A stretch of DNA of 64,000 nucleotides, taken from contig JBHGNT010000020.1 in NCBI GenBank assembly GCA_043228905.1, positions 8,122,001 to 8,186,000 on the forward strand, written 5' to 3'. The DNA comes from Azolla caroliniana (taxonomy: Eukaryota; Plantae; Polypodiophyta). Under the pieces are notes generated by a model. That model searched no databases. It was not told the origin of the DNA and was given only the letters and a program-made list of their open reading frames with translations. Shown piece by piece: positions 60,224-64,000 of this stretch. Position 1 is the stretch's first letter. The number at the start of each line of letters is the position of its first letter. Both the position numbers and the translations under genes were made by a program.

Positions 60224-63200
60224 TGTTGTCTGCCTGGCCGGACTAGCCTCAACACAGGTGTCTATCCGACACTTCTCCAAAGGGGTGGTAAGGATTGGAT
60301 GCTAGGTTACACGCGTAAGATGATTACAATTAAGCATAGACGGTAAACAATACGAAGATACAGATAAACACGCAATAATTACTTTTGTATTACTTCCGTC
60401 AAAACCTTTACAAATCATCGGATCCTTTTATAGGCATCCGACAAGGTTACAATCGGTGCGCTTAGGCAACCGGCATCCGAATCGGTCCGGATCCGGATCG
60501 GTACAACTGTACCAGATCTGTCCCTCCGAATAATAATTCTACTATTATTTACTTCCTATTATCCGATCCGACTCCGCCTTCCCACTTGTCCTTGCTCTTC
60601 TGACCGGTCAACACATGGCACGCCCATGGGAAAGTGCCTTGCACTTCGAATCCACTCCCGGCCTCATTCTTCCTCCAAAATATCGAGCACACTCTGCTCG
60701 ATGGTGTCAAGTGGTGCTTCTTCCTCCAATTCCTGTTCCTTGCCTGCCTGGTCTCCGACCTCCGGTTGGGTTGGTTGTTCCGTAAAAATTTGCTGCTCCG
60801 GCTCTGCTTGATTCTGTGGTGCCGGTGCTTCCTCACCGCTCCGTCCGGGTTCTTCCTGTTCTCCCTCCGTTCCAGGCTCTGTTCTGTTACTAGTGTCGCT
60901 TTCTCTGGTCTCGACTGGTCGGCTCGGTACGCCTTCTTCCTCTGCTCTGGTGTCTTCCGGTCTCAGCTCTTCTTCTTCTCCGACATCAGTCTGCTCCTGC
61001 TCTTCTTGATTTCCTTCGAACGGAAGTTCTTCTTCGGGTATTCCCTGTCGAGGTTGTTCGGTATCGGTTGGTTCAACTTCAGCCGGTCGCTCTCCCTCAC
61101 TTATAGTGATTGGCGTCGTTCTTCCCTTGGCTTCCTGTCGTAACCGGTCCTGCTCGTATTTCTCCAACTCCAACTGAGTTGCGAGCTGCCCATCATCCAA
61201 CCTCTCTACCAACCCTCAGATTTCTTTGAGATGTTCTTCCGCTAAAGCGTAGAAATCCTCCGACAATTCTTCCCGAATGGCGATGATACTTTCTTCATCT
61301 ATCTTGTAGAACTTGTCACCGGTCTTCCTCCGATTCTCGGCATCAGCTCGGAGTGTCTGCAGCTTGGCTGCCTGTTGTGACCACTCCTTCCATAGCTTTT
61401 CCGTACTTTCGTTGATGCTTGCCTGAGCTCGGGTACTCCAACATGACATGATGAGCTTGATCCGGTCAACCCCCGCCTTAGCATGCGCATAAGCTTCTTG
61501 CTTTTCCTTCCTTGCCCGTTTTATAATGTCGGCCATTATCTGAGCCTGGGCCTCGTAATCCGCTTTCTGCTTTTCATAGGTACTTTGCAGTTTGTTGATC
61601 GTGAAGATCAATCTTTCCTTTTCTTCATTCCTGATCTTGGTCAGATCCAGCTTTTCCCGCCTTAGCGCCTCTAATTCCTTCCTTCTCTCCATCGCTTGGG
61701 TTATTTCCGCCGACAATGCTTCCTTTTTGGCACTAACCTCATCCATTGTCTTAGCCAGGTCTAATCGGGTCTCTTTGAGCTGTTCTTTCAGCTTCTCTAT
61801 TTGCCGGTCGTAGTCTGCTGCCCGTTTCTTGTTGTCCGACTCGGCCTGCTTGTGATCTCGGTAGAGACGGTCGAAGTCCTCCGTCTTCTGCTTCAGGCGT
61901 CGGTTTGCCTGAGCTCTTAACTGGTCATCCCGGTCCTTCTGTTGTCGGAGTTCTTCCTGCAGTCGTTCTATCTCCTGCTCGGCATGTCGACGCAGTCGGT
62001 CCTTCTCCTTTTGCAGCTTCTCTTTTTCTTCTTGCAGTCGGTCATTAGTGGCTCGGCCTTTCCGGAGGCCTTCTTCCATTTTCCGTCTGTCGTCCTCCAC
62101 CGCTTTCCGCTGCTCCCTTTCTTTTTCCCTTAATGCCTCCTGAGCTTTTAACTCCTCTCGTAAGGTTTCTATTATTTTTTCGGTCTCAGGGCCGGTTTGC
62201 GAGGCTACCGGTTCCGGTTCCGGTTTTGGTTGCTTCCTTGTTGTCCCGACCGGCTCAGTGACAACTTGTGCTTGTTGAATTCCTTCCCTTGCCTGCAACA
62301 ACTCCCCTTGCAATTCCTCGATTTGTGTTCGGAGCGCGACCAACTCTTGGGTTGTTGTATGCGTCAGATGTTGCCTACACGTTTCTTCTTCCTCTAACTG
62401 GTCCGCTACTCCCGATAACTACTCCGAAAGCCATCTCAGCCATTGTGGCTTTGTGCTTCCTGTGTCGGGGTAACCTTGCTCACTTCTACTCCTTAACTCA
62501 AGCTGTTTTTCCGGCCTTTTCTCTAGCTCCGGCGCTTGTTCATTCCTCTTCTCTGGGATGACCGGTTCTCTGATGTCCGGCAAAACCAGTGTCGGTGCTG
62601 CTTCCCTCGGTACGGGTTCCGGTACTGCTTCCGCCTAGGCTACTGGAGGTGGTCCTTGCGCCCTCTGCTGAGTTTTGTCAACTGGTGGAGCCGGTCCTTT
62701 CGTCCATCTCTCCCGACCTTGTCTTGCTGGGAGTCTTACTAGTGGTTCGGATGAGTCTTCTGTTTCAGCTTCCTCCTCCGGTGCGGCTACCAGACGGACC
62801 TTTTGTATAAAGACCTCTGGTTCCGGTTCCGACCGTCGCAGCGTTATATTGATTGGTTTGAGCGCTACCGGTTCCTCCTCGGTCGATTTCCCTTTGCCTT
62901 TTCCTACCGGTTTTGCCTTTGTTGCCGGTTCCTGTTGCTGTCGGGATGGTCCTTCCCCCCGCTGTTCTGCTTCTTCCTGGGTCCATCCGGGGGTGTGTTT
63001 CTCCAGGATATGTCGGCGCTTTGTGACCTTTTTCGGCGTCGTCTCCTGCCGACCTCTTTTCTTTTGTTTGATGGGGAGCACCGGTGGGACTAACACCGTT
63101 AGCCATTGTGCTATCCCGATCCATGGCTTTTTTCCTTCCACAAGGTTCTTGATGGCCTCCTTCAATCCTTCGGTTATGAAATGAGGCCAGTCCACTTGTA

Positions 63201-64000
63201 ATCCTTCGTACGCTGCAATTAAGAACGCTGCCCGGTACCTGGCTATGGCCGGGGGACGAGGATTCACGAATCCATATTCCATCATGGCGCGGGCCACTTC
63301 TCCGAACAGCAGGTTCTCTCCGCCCTGTGTTCAGTACGCCTTGCTGCTGATAGAATACTCACCGAAATATTCGAACAGGATTTCACTTGAAGGGTTTTCG
63401 ATTGTTTGAAGTCCTCCTGCTTTTATCCCCGTGAGCGCCTGCACCGCTCCTTCTGTGATTTCTGATAAATCAATCGATGCTGCCGCCTGCTCTGGTTCTG
63501 CATGTGGTGGAGCGTCGGCGATCCGCATCAATCCTTTTAACCCGTTCTCCCTCATCCATTGGCGTGCCTCCTCCGACAGTGCCATTGGTTCGAATTCTTC
63601 TTCTGCTGTCTGTTGTTCGGGATCGGGCTGTGTGTGCGTTGTGCGTCGGATCGCTCTTCTGTGCTTCTGCGACTGTGTGTAGGAAAATTCGTAAAAAGTA
63701 AGTCCTTTGCAAGCCTGTGTCTTATATAGTGGCTTTTGCCTCGAGCCGCCCTTTTTCGTTTCCCGCGCATGTTCATCTCCCGCCATAATTAGTATGTCCT
63801 TTCTTGCTTGCCGCGTGTGAGTGCCCACATTCCATGCTTTAAATAGCAAGTACGCGCACGTCCTTCTTTACTGCATGGCGCCTCTTCGTTGCATGGTGGC
63901 ACTCCCACCTCTTGTGATCTCCCCATCACTACTATGATTCGCGCCGATTTGGCCCACGTCTTTTTTTTTTTCTTTGTTTGGACCACGTCATTTTCTGGTC
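60224..64000 (-). mobile_element. Gypsy G3 (G-family), 3' part; extends beyond the window
   Basis: 3' LTR at 60224-60613 similar to the G2 LTR; ORF2 homolog at 63585-60664 with stops and frameshifts. Confidence 0.9.
60616..60660 (-). other. tRNA-Arg 3'-half-like element in the PPT position of G3
   Basis: Minus strand reads GTGGATTCG-AAGTGC AAG GCACTT-TCCCAT-GGGCGTGCCA, then TG, then the LTR. Confidence 0.8.

Overview
Plant nuclear DNA. The PPR style and TE families suggest a non-seed land plant, possibly a fern (inference). The left end holds an intact six-exon COX5b gene (minus strand, 892-5541) and a PLS-type PPR pseudogene. The remaining ~57 kb is a nested retrotransposon stack: three members of one non-chromovirus Gypsy family with a large extra 3' coiled-coil ORF (G1 6594-16741, decayed; G2 36515-46670, intact, LTRs differ at ~1 nt; G3 from 60224, minus strand, runs off the window), several tRNA-Trp-primed Phygy-like Gypsy elements, a chromovirus relic, three Copia elements (one intact and very young) and a hAT-type MITE. 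Main finding: none of the three G elements has a polypurine tract. Instead each carries, exactly 2 nt before the 3' LTR, a copy of the 3' half of tRNA-Arg (T-arm, acceptor strand and CCA) with a hairpin in the T-loop whose sequence differs between copies while pairing is kept. On the minus-strand cDNA this reads as a second, extended primer-binding site, which suggests PPT-independent, two-tRNA-primed LTR retrotransposition. tRNA assignments are from recalled angiosperm tRNA sequences, and novelty was not checked against the literature.
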